From positions 61,690,001 to 61,754,000 of the forward strand of contig OZ336885.1 of NCBI GenBank assembly GCA_965287045.1: a DNA stretch of 64,000 nucleotides, written 5' to 3'. Of this stretch, positions 25,571-38,256 are shown piece after piece; within the stretch, counting starts at the first letter, position 1, and the number at the start of each line of letters is the position of its first letter. Both the position numbers and the translations under genes were made by a program. Under the pieces are notes generated by a model. The model searched no databases, was not told the DNA's origin, and saw only the letters and a list, made by a program, of their open reading frames with translations. This DNA comes from Carcharhinus amblyrhynchos. Its lineage: Eukaryota.

Positions 25571-25844
25571 CAATTTGGCGTTCACTCATGTCTACAATAA
25601 TGGTAAATTTTATTGTGTTACACTGTGACATGTTTACGTCTATTCACTGATGAGTATCAAGGCAATTGGTGCTATTTTATTCGTCAGAAAAACAAATACA
25701 TAATTTCCCCATTCCTGTTCCTTAAATATTGAAGGGAAATACCTGGAATAATTTAATGTCAACGTAAATGGAATCACCAGGTGAATATTAACTTCCGTTC
25801 AGAAGGAAGTGGTGCATTTCTTCGTCAAACAACGTTTTATGTAT

Positions 25845-26100
25845 ATACTATTTCCTCGAGTGGATTTAGCTGTTACTAGGGGGCATAACTATAAGGTTCA
25901 TGGTGGGAGATGTAGGAGGGATGTTCGAGGTAGCTTCTTTACTCAGAGAGTGATTGGGGTGTGGAATAGACTGTCTGCTGTGATAGTGGAATCGGACCCA
26001 GTAGGAGCTTTCAAGGTGTTATTGGATAGGCACATGGAGCACTCCAGAATTATAGGGAGGGGAGAGCTTGTCCTTGGGATTGGACATAGGTCGGCACAAT
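25845..26100 (+). mobile_element. CR1 3' fragment
   Basis: LFP...TRGHNYKV...RRDVRGSFFTQRVIGVWNRL. Confidence 0.85.
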
Positions 26101-27379
26101 ATCGCTTTCAGCTGCTTTCATTTTTTTTTCTTCTGAAGGCAGAAATTTCTGAGTCTGAGAGGCAAAACGTCTTCCCAGAAGTGAAATAAAACTATTCGAC
26201 AAAGGCATCGTGCAGTAAATTGGCAAAATAACAAGAGTGCGCCATTAACCGTGTTTCGCCTGCCCATTGATACCCAACATAATTGTTAATCAACTACAAC
26301 ACCACTTGCCCTCGCTGTCTCCATACCGGGGTGTCCTTTTAGTCTCGTGCAATATCTAGGATAATATACTGAACGTGTTCGGTGTAACTGAAATTCCACA
26401 GTCGTCTTTGGTTGCGAGGTCCATAGATTCGTCAGACTGGGGGTGACAAACCTTATCCTCATTTCAGTCATAAAATCCTGGCAGACGGGAAGCAGTCCAA
26501 CGGATTTAAATAGATCGCACAGGGTCAAATGAGTTTATTATAAAATAATGAATACATTGGGAATTTACAGGCTTAGATTACATTGTGGAAATATGATGCC
26601 GTGATAACTGAAAAAATCGAGCAAGGATGAACATGATAGTTGTACGGACACAGCTGATGTGCAATCCATTGGAAAGGAAAGATGGACAGGAAAAGAAAGG
26701 CTACCTGTTTTAAATTGAGAAAAGAAATAAGCGCACTCAGTTCAGTAGGAAATAATACCGATGACAGGTATCAGGGAAGAAACGCGGCTGAAATTAAGAG
26801 AGATGAAGAATGTTCAGAGATTTGAAGAAAAGTCAGAAATAGTGAAGCGAGTAGAAAGCAATCTGACAAATGCGAAGTAGGATCCCGTTGTCCTCGATAA
26901 GCATACAAATAGTGAAAAGGTGAATGCAGCTAATTTTAGACATAAACGCGGAAGTACATATAAACGCTTGGCTGGCATTAAATTAATACTGTGCATTTGT
27001 GTTTTACCAACTCTGCAGATACTACTTAAAAAATTGAGGCAGATGAGGAAGTTTTCAAAAAAAAGTGCAACATTGATGAGGAGGAAGCATTCAAAACACA
27101 ATTTATAACGAAATTTCATAGGACACAGGGTACGGATGAAATTACAGGAAATGAAAATGAGTTTTCAATGAAATAACCATAAACTCGCACTCTTCTCTAG
27201 ACTTAGGCGAAGTGTAAAACAATGTCGAATTGCTAATATTGCGGACTTTTTCCAAAAGGTTAGTAAGGATGGAACCAAAGATGTATCAGTAAGTGCCAGT
27301 AAATCAGTAAGTGTCGCATCATAAGTGCAAAAACCTCGAGAAACTGTTATTCCTGATGAAATCAGTAGTTGATTGGACA

Positions 27380-28300
27380 ACCTATTTTGATGTGAAAATA
27401 TTGCAAACAAAACTTAAAAGGAACACTTGTTTTCGTTAAATTGATGGAGTTATTTGTGAAGGTAACTACATATTTCATAACGGTAATGCGATATATGTGA
27501 TGCAATTGGACTTTCAGAAGAATGTCGAAACGATGTCACAATATCAAGGTTTGAGAATGAAGATAGTTCATGAAATGTGGATGATGAAATCGGCAGAATA
27601 ATTAAATGCAGATGACAATGGCTAATGAATATTCGTTTGCGTGGAGGCAGGCTCGATGCGTGTCCTTCCGTTTATCCTGGTAAGTCACTAATAGTGCCAA
27701 TCTTTGCAGCTAATACAGGAATCGGGCGCATTTTAAGCTGTGAATTATACGGTGTAGTACTTCAAAATGGCATTTACACAATGCTGGAGTAGGCAGATAT
27801 GTGACGTTTGTTAAATGCGAAGAACTGTGACGTGAAGGATTTTGCCACGAGAAACGTGAGCAGGAAATTCTAGAACGGGTGCAGATGCATGGAAAAATGC
27901 GAGTCTATATCCTGAGACGATTAATGGTATCAAGACAAGTGGAAAGGTCAGTTATGAAAGTCAATACTGCTTTGATCTAACTAATAAGGTAATCGAGTAT
28001 ACATGGAAGTCGTTTCACCTGAACACATAGAAGGCAACTGTTCGACCGTTTCTGGAAAATTGATGCATATTTCTTCGCACCACTCCATAAAAAAGGCATG
28101 AACGAGAATGCTTCCAGCAATGAAATATTACAGTTACGAATTTTGAACGGAGGTGTTAGGAAGGTTCCTACTTAAGGAATGAAAGCTGAAAAGAGGCTTG
28201 ATTCAGGTGTTCATCAGTAGGACGAAGTTGGTCAGAATAGGTGAGGAGATTCTGCCCCCAGTGATAGGACTATCAAAAAGAGAGACCACAGATTTTAGGT
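27380..28300 (+). mobile_element. Very old CR1 RT remnant
   Basis: Traces of NLxEFFxEVT, xDFQK and LVRPxLE at the expected spacing. Confidence 0.5.
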
Positions 28301-28309
28301 GATTTTTAT

Positions 28310-31300
28310 GTGACTTTCAAACTCAGAAGTTTATATGAGAAAATTAAACCGTTGTTTATCATACGTCAAGAAGCTCATGACTCGTATTCATTCTGTAAAA
28401 TTGTAGTGTGGGAACATGCAGTTCGGCAGTAACAGTTGAAAAGAATTGGACTTTTTTGCAGAATTGCTCGAGGGACAAAATAGATTATATTGGTAACCGT
28501 TTACAACTTTTGGAAGAATAACACTAAAAAAAGGAAACAATATGAAATATCTCATTTTTTCTATATAAAGTGGAACACAAAAAAGTCACACTGTTGGTGT
28601 TTTATCAAAGGCATTGATAAAGGCTGTTCAACTAGTGCGACCAGTTAAGGCAACAACAACGAGAGAAGCCAAGAAACTTAGGAAGTGTGCACAGCCTAGG
28701 CATGGGCTGGACAGTGAGGTAGCGCCTGGAGTTTTAAATATTTATTTTATTAATTTAAGGTTTAGTTGATGTAAAACATAAGAAGTTTCTAAAGGTGGAT
28801 GGGCTAGTCTGTGCCTAATGGTAAGAAATTAAATTATTCAGAAATATTGCCCTAGCGATTGACAATCTCTGGAATAAAAAAGGGAGAGGATTAGTTCCCC
28901 TCTGTATGATAAGGCTAGAATGTTCAGTCAACGCTGCGGAAGAGATCATGGCGCGGGGGGGGGGGGGGGGGGGGGGGGGGGCGGTGATAGAAAACTTGGC
29001 TTTTCCAGGAATACGGTTTATTCTTGAAAAACATAGAGTCGAATCAAAGGTGGGATTTATGCTTATTTAAGTGCAGAGCCCGAAGTAACCCAGGGAAATG
29101 AGAAGTTAAAAGAAAAAAAACCCTAAAAATTCTCCAGACTGTGTGGTGGGAATATTCCAAAACCACGAGTTAAAACAGGAAGGGAAAACACAGGAGGAAG
29201 AGGAAAGAGTTGACATCTCTTTCGTTGACACTCTGATGAGATGGAAAATGAGAAAAAAAAATCGAAGCAGGTAGAGGACCTGGCAGTGGTGTTTAGTTCT
29301 GAAAAGAATATAATGGAGGTACAACAAAGACATGCCACAATAATTCACTAATATTATAACGCCTACTCGGAAACGGAATTAGAGTGTATTCCAGATTGCA
29401 ATTACCTTTTCAATAAGCTCTTAAGGCGGCAATGGACCTTGGTGAGTTTGTGGAGATGAGAAATTGGCAGGCATTAACCATAATGTATTGCTGGAAGAAT
29501 ACAGACTGAAAGAATTGAGGGTAGCTCATAAATTAGCATAAAGTCTCAGGATGAGATACAAAAGCATTTTAATTATCCTGGACTAAATATGTATGTGGTT
29601 GATTTTTGCCTGACATAGTTGTCAGATAGCAACAAGGCCACGAGCATTGATAAAAAAAATGCTGCTGACGCCAATTCCAGCAGTGAAATAACGGATTAAG
29701 CGGGTTATATTTGACTGTCTGAGTTGCATCCCTAACAACAAAAATGGGAGCAAGCACTTGCTACTCGTGCTCGCTGTGTCTACATGGTCTCCTGAGTCAA
29801 TTCCACTACGACATTTTCAGGGGTAAAAAAATGTCGTGGAGTCGTGACTCACTGTCGTTATCCGTTATGGGTTACCCAGATAAATTTTGTCCGATGAAAA
29901 GTCCAAGTTTTCTACCAAATTATTTAAGGATGTCATAGATAGTCTAGGCATCGTGAACATTACTTCGAGTGGGTGCCATGCTGAATGCCAGGGAACAGTG
30001 GAATGGTGGCATCGGATACTAAACGTCATGCTGATTTTTTTAAATGTTATTTTCAATTAGAGACGCGCCAAGTAAATTGGCTTAATTTAAAACATTTGAA
30101 ATGATGTGCGGATCTGAAGTAAGAGGATGTATCAAATTAATTAAGGAAATGTTGGTCGCTTCGATGTCAGAGATCTCACAATTTGATCATGCACGAGGTA
30201 AGTGAAATATTAAACAGAGTAGGAATATTGCCAAGACAACTTTTGAATGTGGCACAGCACCCAGTAAAGCAAGAATCAGGTAATCAGGCAGAAGATCTAA
30301 AGTGTGTATGTTTGCCCGTGGGGAAATATTATTGGTGCTATTCCTGGTAGCAGGTACTCTCGTCAGCGCAAGGTTTAGTGTTTCCAATTAGTTTGAGAAG
30401 AAGTACAGGCAGGTGAAGTGCCTGGTAAAGATGCCAGATGGACAAAAAAAAAACAAAAGGATCTGTCATGTGAACATATTGAAAGAGGACAATAGCAACG
30501 AAAAGTTAACCGGAGAAACGGATATGAGTTACTGCCACTCAAACTGAGAAATCAAGTACAGATGATTTGGATGTGATGTTCTTCTGAATAAATTAAGTAA
30601 TGACGTCCTTAACAAATGGAACAGGGTATTGAGCTATGGGGTCCAGGAACAGAGAATTGAATTGGAAAGCGAAGTTGTTACAGTCCTATAAGGACCGATG
30701 TTGATATGGTGGGGGAGGACTGATGCCACAATACATGAGGCTGACGTAAGAAATACTGTACTGATCGTGAGAGGCTTAATCTTGTCAGAGCAACGGAGTT
30801 TCAGAAACAAGTGGAAGAGATGCTGCAAGAAGGCATCATATAGCCGAGTTAACAAGAATGGAATTCGACGATTGTTTTGGTCCCAAAAAAAGATGATCCT
30901 CAAAGGATCTGCATAGAATATCGGAAGGTCAACTCTATGTCGAAACCTAACTTATATCCAATGCTAAAACGGGAGGAGGGTTTGCAAAGTGTAAAAAAAA
31001 ACGCATACGTCACGAAATTGGACATAATTTGCGGCTACCGGCAAGTTTTCATTTCTCTCTGAAAGAACAAACGAACATTCTGCTTTTGTAACCCAAATGA
31101 GCTATATCAATTTAACGTAATGCCCTTTGAGATGAAATGAAGCAGCCGTTTTTGAAAGGCTTGTGAGTAGAGTGCTTGAAAGTTTGAATAATCATGCTGC
31201 CGACGAAATGACAGGTAAATTTTAGCCATTGTTGAAAAGGCCACATCGAGCATTTGGCAGAGCTCTCGAGAGACTACGGAAAACAAATTTAGTCACTAGC

Positions 31301-32400
31301 TTGGCAAGAACGGAATTTGCAAAGTGGAACTGGCATCCTTCAGGCACAGCATTGGATATGGATGAATGACCATCGACTAATCTCCAAGATCATGCTCGAA
31401 GAAGAGCATGCTCCGAGTTTTTTATATATATAATTTTCGGATTGAGCGGATTCTACAGGAAAATTTCACTAATATTTCGTAACGTATTGTCACCGTTGAC
31501 CCATTTGTTCAAGAAAAGGAACACGAAATCTCGGTGGATAGGCAAATGCCAGGAGGAATTTGGGAATATGAAAGCAGTGTTAACCGGCGCAAAAGTTTTG
31601 CGCACATCGTTTTATTTTGCAACGCATCAGTCACTATGGAAGCAAATGGCATGTGCGTTGGAACTGTGATGTTACAGGAGGATAATTGCGGAATAAAATC
31701 GCTTAAAAAACCCCTCCTGTCCAAAATACAAAAAAAACCCTTGAAACACGTTATTAAGTTTGCAAGATTTTAATAGCTGTGTCACAAACAGTGCACTAAC
31801 TATGTTTTTCTAGGCCAAGTAAGATCCTTTGACATTTCTGGAAATACTTAGTGACAAAGAAATTGATTATTTCATTCGACCCTCATGTTGCAAGTCTTTA
31901 ATTTGCAGAATGCACAAGTTGAGGGTCGTGAAAATATTATCGTAGCTTCTTTACCATGAAGTGAAATGAATAATATGTATTTTCGATAGAAATGGAAGTG
32001 TTCAGGTAATGAAGTTAAGGTTTAAAGCAATAAAAAAAATCGATTAATGATGATGTTTTCTTTTCTCGTAGGGATATTTCTTGAAAACTTGGATTATGTA
32101 ATTGGAAATTGGGAAGTGAAAACTGCATTTTGAATGTAGTCAGCCAAATATAATCAGGCACTATGATACCGAGAACCTATTAAGTTTAGAACTAATGGTT
32201 TATCCAACGAAGGGCCAATTTTTTGTCGGAAACAATGTCATGGCATCACGGTTATAAACGGACGGGGAAGTGGGATAAACAAAGAGAACAACTGCGGCCT
32301 TGAAGACATAAAAGTTCACCTCTCCCATGGCTCATCTCTCTCTCTCGATCTCAATATCTGTCACCAGAATTGTATGTCGGTAGAGAGAGAGAGAGAGAGA
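28310..32400 (+). mobile_element. Degenerate Gypsy LTR retrotransposon, Gmr1-type order (IN before RT-RH); ends approximate
   Basis: Integrase traces (KHFxxPGL...C..CQ at ~29560-29630; HxExQGxxExWH at ~29975-30015) precede RT (VPKKD..RIC.EYRKVN..YP..TKLD..GY.QV, 30877-31062) and RNase H remnants. Confidence 0.75.
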
Positions 32401-32559
32401 GAGACAGAATCAGTGTTTTTCAAAGCTTCAGCTATGTCATAGAGAAAACACTTTTTGGATAGCAATCTTTCAAACGGAAACAAAGAGGTTAGATACAGGA
32501 GAATAGCTGGACATAATTCATCTAGTTTTACGAAAAACCTTTGACAAAGTGCTACATTG

Positions 32560-33720
32560 GACACTGTGAAATAAGTTAAAAGCAGATGGCGTTAAGGATC
32601 AAATCCTGGCATGGGTAGAGGATTGGCTGACAGGGAGAAGGCCGCGAGTGAGGATACAAGTTTTTTTTTAGGATGACAGCCAATGATTTGTGATGTGCAT
32701 CAAGGGTCAGTGCTGGGACCACAACATTTTACAATATATATTAACGATTTGGAGGAAAGAACAGGAGGCACTGCTGACTTTGCAGATGATAAAAAACAGA
32801 TATGTAGAGAGACAGGTAGCATTGAGGAAGGGGGAGGGGGGCTGCGTAGATGTTTGGAGCAAGGGTTAGAGATGGCTACAGACGGACTTGGATAGGTTTG
32901 GAAAATGGGAAAGTATTGTCAAATGGAATACAATGTAGAAAAATGTGAGGGTATGTATTTTGGAAGGAGCAGTGAAGGCATAGATTATTTTCTAAATGGG
33001 CAGTGCTTGAAAATCAAAGGAGCGTTGGATTTTTTTTTGACATTCTCTTTAAGTTTATGTGTAGGTTCAGTTGGCAGTTAAGAAGGCAAGTGCATTGTCA
33101 GCATATATGTGGACAGAACTAGAAGACAAGAGCAGGGATGGACTTTTGAGGCTCTATAAGGCTTTGGTCAGCCCCCATTTGGAGTTTTGTAGACAGTCTT
33201 GGCCCCCAAATCTAAGGAAGGATATGCTTACCTTGGAAAGGATCTATGGAGGTTCAGAAAATGATCCATGGAGTAAAGAGCTTATGGAATGAGGACGGGT
33301 GAGAAGTACCCAATAGAGTTGAGTCGGATGGGGGTAGGGGTGATGATTTTATTTAAAATTGCAGGGGTAATTCTTGGATAGAGTTGTCATGTAGAGATGT
33401 TCCCACTGGTCAGGAAATCTCTGACTAAAGTAACGATCATTTAAAACAGAGATGGGGAGAAATGTCTTCATGTAGAGAGTGATGAATTTGTGGAACACTT
33501 TCTCGCAGAAGCTGTGGAGGCCACGCAATTTAGTATCTTCAAAATAGAGATAGATGGGTTCCTGATTAAAAAGGGTCAGCGTTTGTGGAGAAATGACAGG
33601 AGAACAGGAATGATTAGCCATGAGAGTGGATAAAAATATCAGCCATAATTGAATGTTGGAGGAAGTTCGATGAGCCGAATGGCCTAATTCTGTTCCGATG
33701 TCTTAGGGCCTTATGGTCAT
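32560..33720 (+). mobile_element. Old CR1 LINE 3' part
   Basis: QGSVLGPQHFTIYINDL...FADD and LYKALVSPHLE; CR1-type 3' end. Confidence 0.9.
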
Positions 33721-33799
33721 ATAGCTAGCTACCAATAATAATAATAAAAAATCCACACAGTGAAATCCTCACAGATGTCCCTGAATATTCCAGTATATG

Positions 33800-36095
33800 A
33801 TGTGGACTCCATTCACCTGAAAGATAGGGAAACCTCGAAAGCTAATGAGTTTACTATCAAATAAATCGGTTGGACTTTAACCTGGCGTTGTCAGATTTTT
33901 ACTGTATTCCAGTATACACAAAGCCTTGTGGTGCTTTAACAAATACTTCAATTCTACATGTGTTGCATGATGGGAATTTTAGCTATTTGAACAGCATATT
34001 ATTAGAACCTTGCGTCACTCGGGAATAGAAATCCGTTAGAAGGGATTTTTTTTTTCGGTTTCGTAATAGTTTAGTGAGTTAATTATATTCGAAATGCTGA
34101 TTTTGGAGTGAGAAGATTAAGAAGTTAAACACCAAGTTGAAGTCCAACAAGTGTATTTGGTAGCAACAACCAGTAGCTTTCAGACTGCTGCTCCTTCATA
34201 AATGGGAGTTATATTTGCAAACAGATCACATAAAGACACAAACTCAATTTATAAAATCATGATTTGAATGCGAGTCTTTACAGGTAACCAAGTCATAAAT
34301 TAGAGACAATGTGAGTGGAGACGGCGTTAAGCATAGGCATTGCCTCTAAACAAGACAGCTAGTGAGATTTTGCAAGTCCAGGCAAGTCATGGAGGTAACA
34401 GAGAGTGTCACATGAACCCAAGATCCCGGTTGAGGCCGTCCTCATGTGTGCAAAACCTGTCTATCAGTCTCTGCCCAGTGACTCTGCGTTGTCGTGTTTC
34501 ATGCAGGCCACCTTGGAGAACGCTTACACGAAGATCAGAGACCCAATGCCTCTCTCGGGTGTAACATTCACCAAGAGGAAGAGAGCATTCTTGTCTGGTG
34601 GTTGTCGACCGGTGTTCATCCATTCGTTGTCGTAGCGTCTGCATGGTCTTCCCAATGTACAATGCCTCGGGACATCCTTTCTTGCAGCATATCAAGTAGA
34701 CAACGTTGGCTGAGTTTCAATAATATGTACTAAATACCCGGTGGATGGTGTTCTCACGTGAGATGACTCCATCCGTGTCGATTATAAGGCACGTTTTGCA
34801 GATGTTGCTGTGGCAGGGTTCTGAGGTGTCCTGATCACTGTTCTCCTGAATTCTGGGTAGTTTCCAGCGGAATGGTCCATTTGAGATTGTGTGGTTGTTT
34901 GAAGGCAAGCAATAGGATTTGGAGATGGCCATGGAGAGTTGTTTGTATTTGTCAATAACATGTTGAAGTTTCCGGAGAAGATGCCGTAACTTCTCCGCTC
35001 GACGGAAGCATTGGACGAGGAAGGGTACACTCTCCACAGTGTTCCGTGCTTGTCTTCTGGGGAGATCGGTGTCGTTTTTCGTCAAGGCGCTTCGGAACTG
35101 TCGATCAAAGTGTCGAGCGGAATATCCTGCTCTTATGAGGGCACTTTTTCATCGCCTGGAGGTGTCTGTTGTGATAGTCCTCAGCTGAGCAGAGCCTATG
35201 TATACGGAGGACTTGTCCGTAGGGGTTGGTCTCTTTAATGTGTTTAGGGTGGAAGCTGGAGAGGCAGAGCATCGTGAGGTGATCCGTGGGCTTGCCGTAC
35301 TTTGAAGTGCTGAAGTGGCCGCCCTTCATGGAGATGCGAGTGTTTAAGAATGCAACCGATTCCGGAGACAAGTCCATGGTGAGTCTGATGAAGGGATGGA
35401 ACTTGATGATGCCATCATACAGTTGTTTCAGTGATTGTTCACCATGAGTGCAAAGGAAGAAAATTTCATCGATGTATCTAGGGTATAGCATCGGTTGACG
35501 GTCTTGTACGGTGAATAGGTCTTGTTCGAACCTGTGCATGAATATGTCGGCATATTGAGATGTGCATTTGGTCCCCATGGTTGTTCCGTGTGCCTGAATG
35601 AAAAAATGGTTGTTGAAGGTGAAGACATTGTGGTCCAGAATGCAGCGGACGAGTTGTAAAATTGCATCTGGAAACTGACAGTTGTCGGTGTTGAGTGCTG
35701 AACAAGTTGCATCAATGGTATCGTCGTGGGGGATGCTGATGTAGAGTGCCGAGACATCCATTATGACGAGGTGTGCTCCTGCTTCAACTGCTCCATGTGT
35801 GCTGAGTTTTTGTAGGAAGTCCGTCGTGTGGCGACAAGAGGAATGCGTTCTTTGCACAATGGGTTTCAGGATGCCCTCGACGTAGTTGGAGAGCTTCTCG
35901 TACAGTGTCCCACTGCCCGATACGATGGAAAGGCTGGTTGCTTTTTTGCCGTACCTAACTTCGGGCGGCAGTAGAGCTCTCCAACGCGGGAAGTACGTGG
36001 ATTGAGAACTCGGAGAGTGTTCTGTAGGTCTGGATCAAAGGTTTTGTTGTCATGGACGTATTTTGAATTTAACCACTCGAACTTGTTGAAGAGCA
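33800..36095 (-). mobile_element. Penelope-like retroelement (RT + GIY-YIG), degenerate
   Basis: RT motifs MDVSALY.SIPH, GT.MGT and RYIDEIF (35105..35857); GIY-YIG YIGKTMQTLRQRMDEHR (34408..34695); pLTR-like ends at ~34120-34200 and inverted at ~33810-33900. Confidence 0.9.
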
Positions 36096-36120
36096 CGTCA
36101 CATCAATTCACACCACTTTA

Positions 36121-36155
<35 letters not shown>

Positions 36156-36279
36156 TATAAAGATCAAGAGACATGACACTCCTAATTGAGCGTTGTCGTG
36201 TTAGTTCGTGGGGAATTGCGGGGGAGAGGGGGTGGGAGTGGGGGTGGGGGGTAGGTTTCGTTGGGGGGTGGACGGGGTT

Positions 36280-38030
36280 CAAATTGCGCTTTGTAACAGT
36301 TTGCGTCACAAAAATTAAATGAGCAGTAGAGCGATTGAAAAGGTTTGTTGGATATCACGACGCTGATTCGCCTATCCCTTAATTAAACAGCAAGAAGAAT
36401 GGGCGAATTACATATTACGGAGGCCCTGCTATGAATTGCAATTCATAAGTAAGTCCGTAAAATTATAAACGTATGGGCTGAACATTTTCACATTTCCAGA
36501 GTTGATGAAGTTGACGACCTAATGTGTGAGAGAGTTTTAATTCGCTATGTCTTTCCTCGTCTACCACTTTAAAAGATTATTTGACTTGGGTTATCTCTCA
36601 AATGAGGGACGGACGCATGAGCTCATAAGTCAACGAATTTGTGTTCAAGTGGCAGCTTCCACAGAGAAATACATAAAAGGCACGTGAAGCGAAAAGACGA
36701 ATTCACAGGTAAGCTGAAACAGCACGTCGTTTTAAAGTATCACTGAACCGTCAGATATCACATAACACGATATTTGTTCCTTTTTTTTGCAAAATACGTA
36801 TTTGATGAGATTTGCAATTATATCATAACATAAATAGCGAATACAATGTTATTAACTTGTGATATGCCAGTAAACTGATTCCAAGAAGCTGAAAATAATC
36901 TTAGTTTCTGCCCTGCCGTGACGCAGTTTTTTTTTCAACATTGGAGAAGAGGAAACAATTCGAAAAGTTTAATTATATCGCCTCTTCCGAGGAAAGGAAA
37001 CGCAGAGAGAATATAAGTATATGAAACGCTGAACAGTTCGTGAAACGTGTTCTATTCCAGCAGCAACTTTCATATATTCCTGCAAATATCTGATCCGTAA
37101 CAAGGGCAAAGAAGGTCTAGTTCAAAACAATACTCGTGCAACCAACGTTTGAGCGGGAGGGAGTGGGGGAGATGGATTTGGGAGACGTTTGCACTGTTTC
37201 CAAGATTCACACTCATGTCCACTTAAACTGGGCAGATTCATTTGTAGGAAATGACAATTGCGCCAGAAATATCAAACTGAGCAGCTCTTTCCATCTCATC
37301 AACGGAACAATCACTTCAGTGCCACCCATTTGGGAAGTTATGCCGAAAGGGAACGTACTGACGACAGATGAGACTGCAAATTTGCTATATTGTAATAGAT
37401 TTAACTTCTTAGTTGGATTTAACATTTTTATTATGTTAATCTGTATGAAATACAACTAAGATACAGAACACAAATTTCATATAAGTAAAATCTTCGTCTT
37501 TTTGCATGCGTAATATATGCAGGGAATTAAACCTAACGGACAACACTTCGGTTCGTGCCTTCATGTTTGGCAGCACAGCTGAATAAGGAATTATGAGTGA
37601 CCATCGGCTATTCACCACCATTATATGTGGCATAATGAATTAAAAATAGGGAAGACGGTGGACCACTATATTAGTGACTATTAATCCAGAAACCCAGCTA
37701 ATGTTCTGGGGAATGGGGTTTTATCCCCACCACTGCAGTTGGTGGAATTCCAATTCAATGGTAAATAAACTTTAGAATTTTGATTCTACTGATGAGCATG
37801 AAACTCATTTCGAATGACGATGGCGGAGGGGAGGGGAGCGGTGCTTTCACTAATGTAATTTGGCGGAAGAAATCTGTCTTCCTTACCTGACCTGGCCGAC
37901 ATGTGATTCCAGAGCCACAACAATGTTGTTGACGCTCAACCACCCTCCAACGGCAACAACATATGGGCAATAAATATTGGCGCGGTCAGCGACGCCCACG
38001 TCCTATGAATGAATAACAAAATACGCTTCT
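36280..38030. repeat. Segmental paralog of ~56960-59520, including introns
   Basis: atttgttccttttttttgcaaaatacgtatttgatgagatttgcaatta...cataacataaatagcga (~36772-36840) matches ~57544-57611. Confidence 0.85.
36570..37440 (-). pseudogene. Decayed TCR delta-like C exon (37200-37440) and TM (36570-36660), unit B
   Basis: catacag| KMLNPTKK...FAVSSVVSTF...AQLSFPTNESAQFKW; TM begins LNTNSLT. Confidence 0.55.
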
Positions 38031-38256
38031 ACTCAAATGATTTTAACCTCTAACAGATCAGCAAATTTCAGAGTTCGACCAAAAAAATATATTTGTTTGC
38101 TCGGTTAGAAGTTTAGAAATACAATTGGATAAAACGTAATTGTTAGCCGCCTCTTTGGTTCGAAAATATATTCACAACCTAAAATTTAATATCAAATTTT
38201 GTTAACAAAAAAGTATGCCTCGCGATAGTAAACCATGCGGGACAATAGAATCATAC

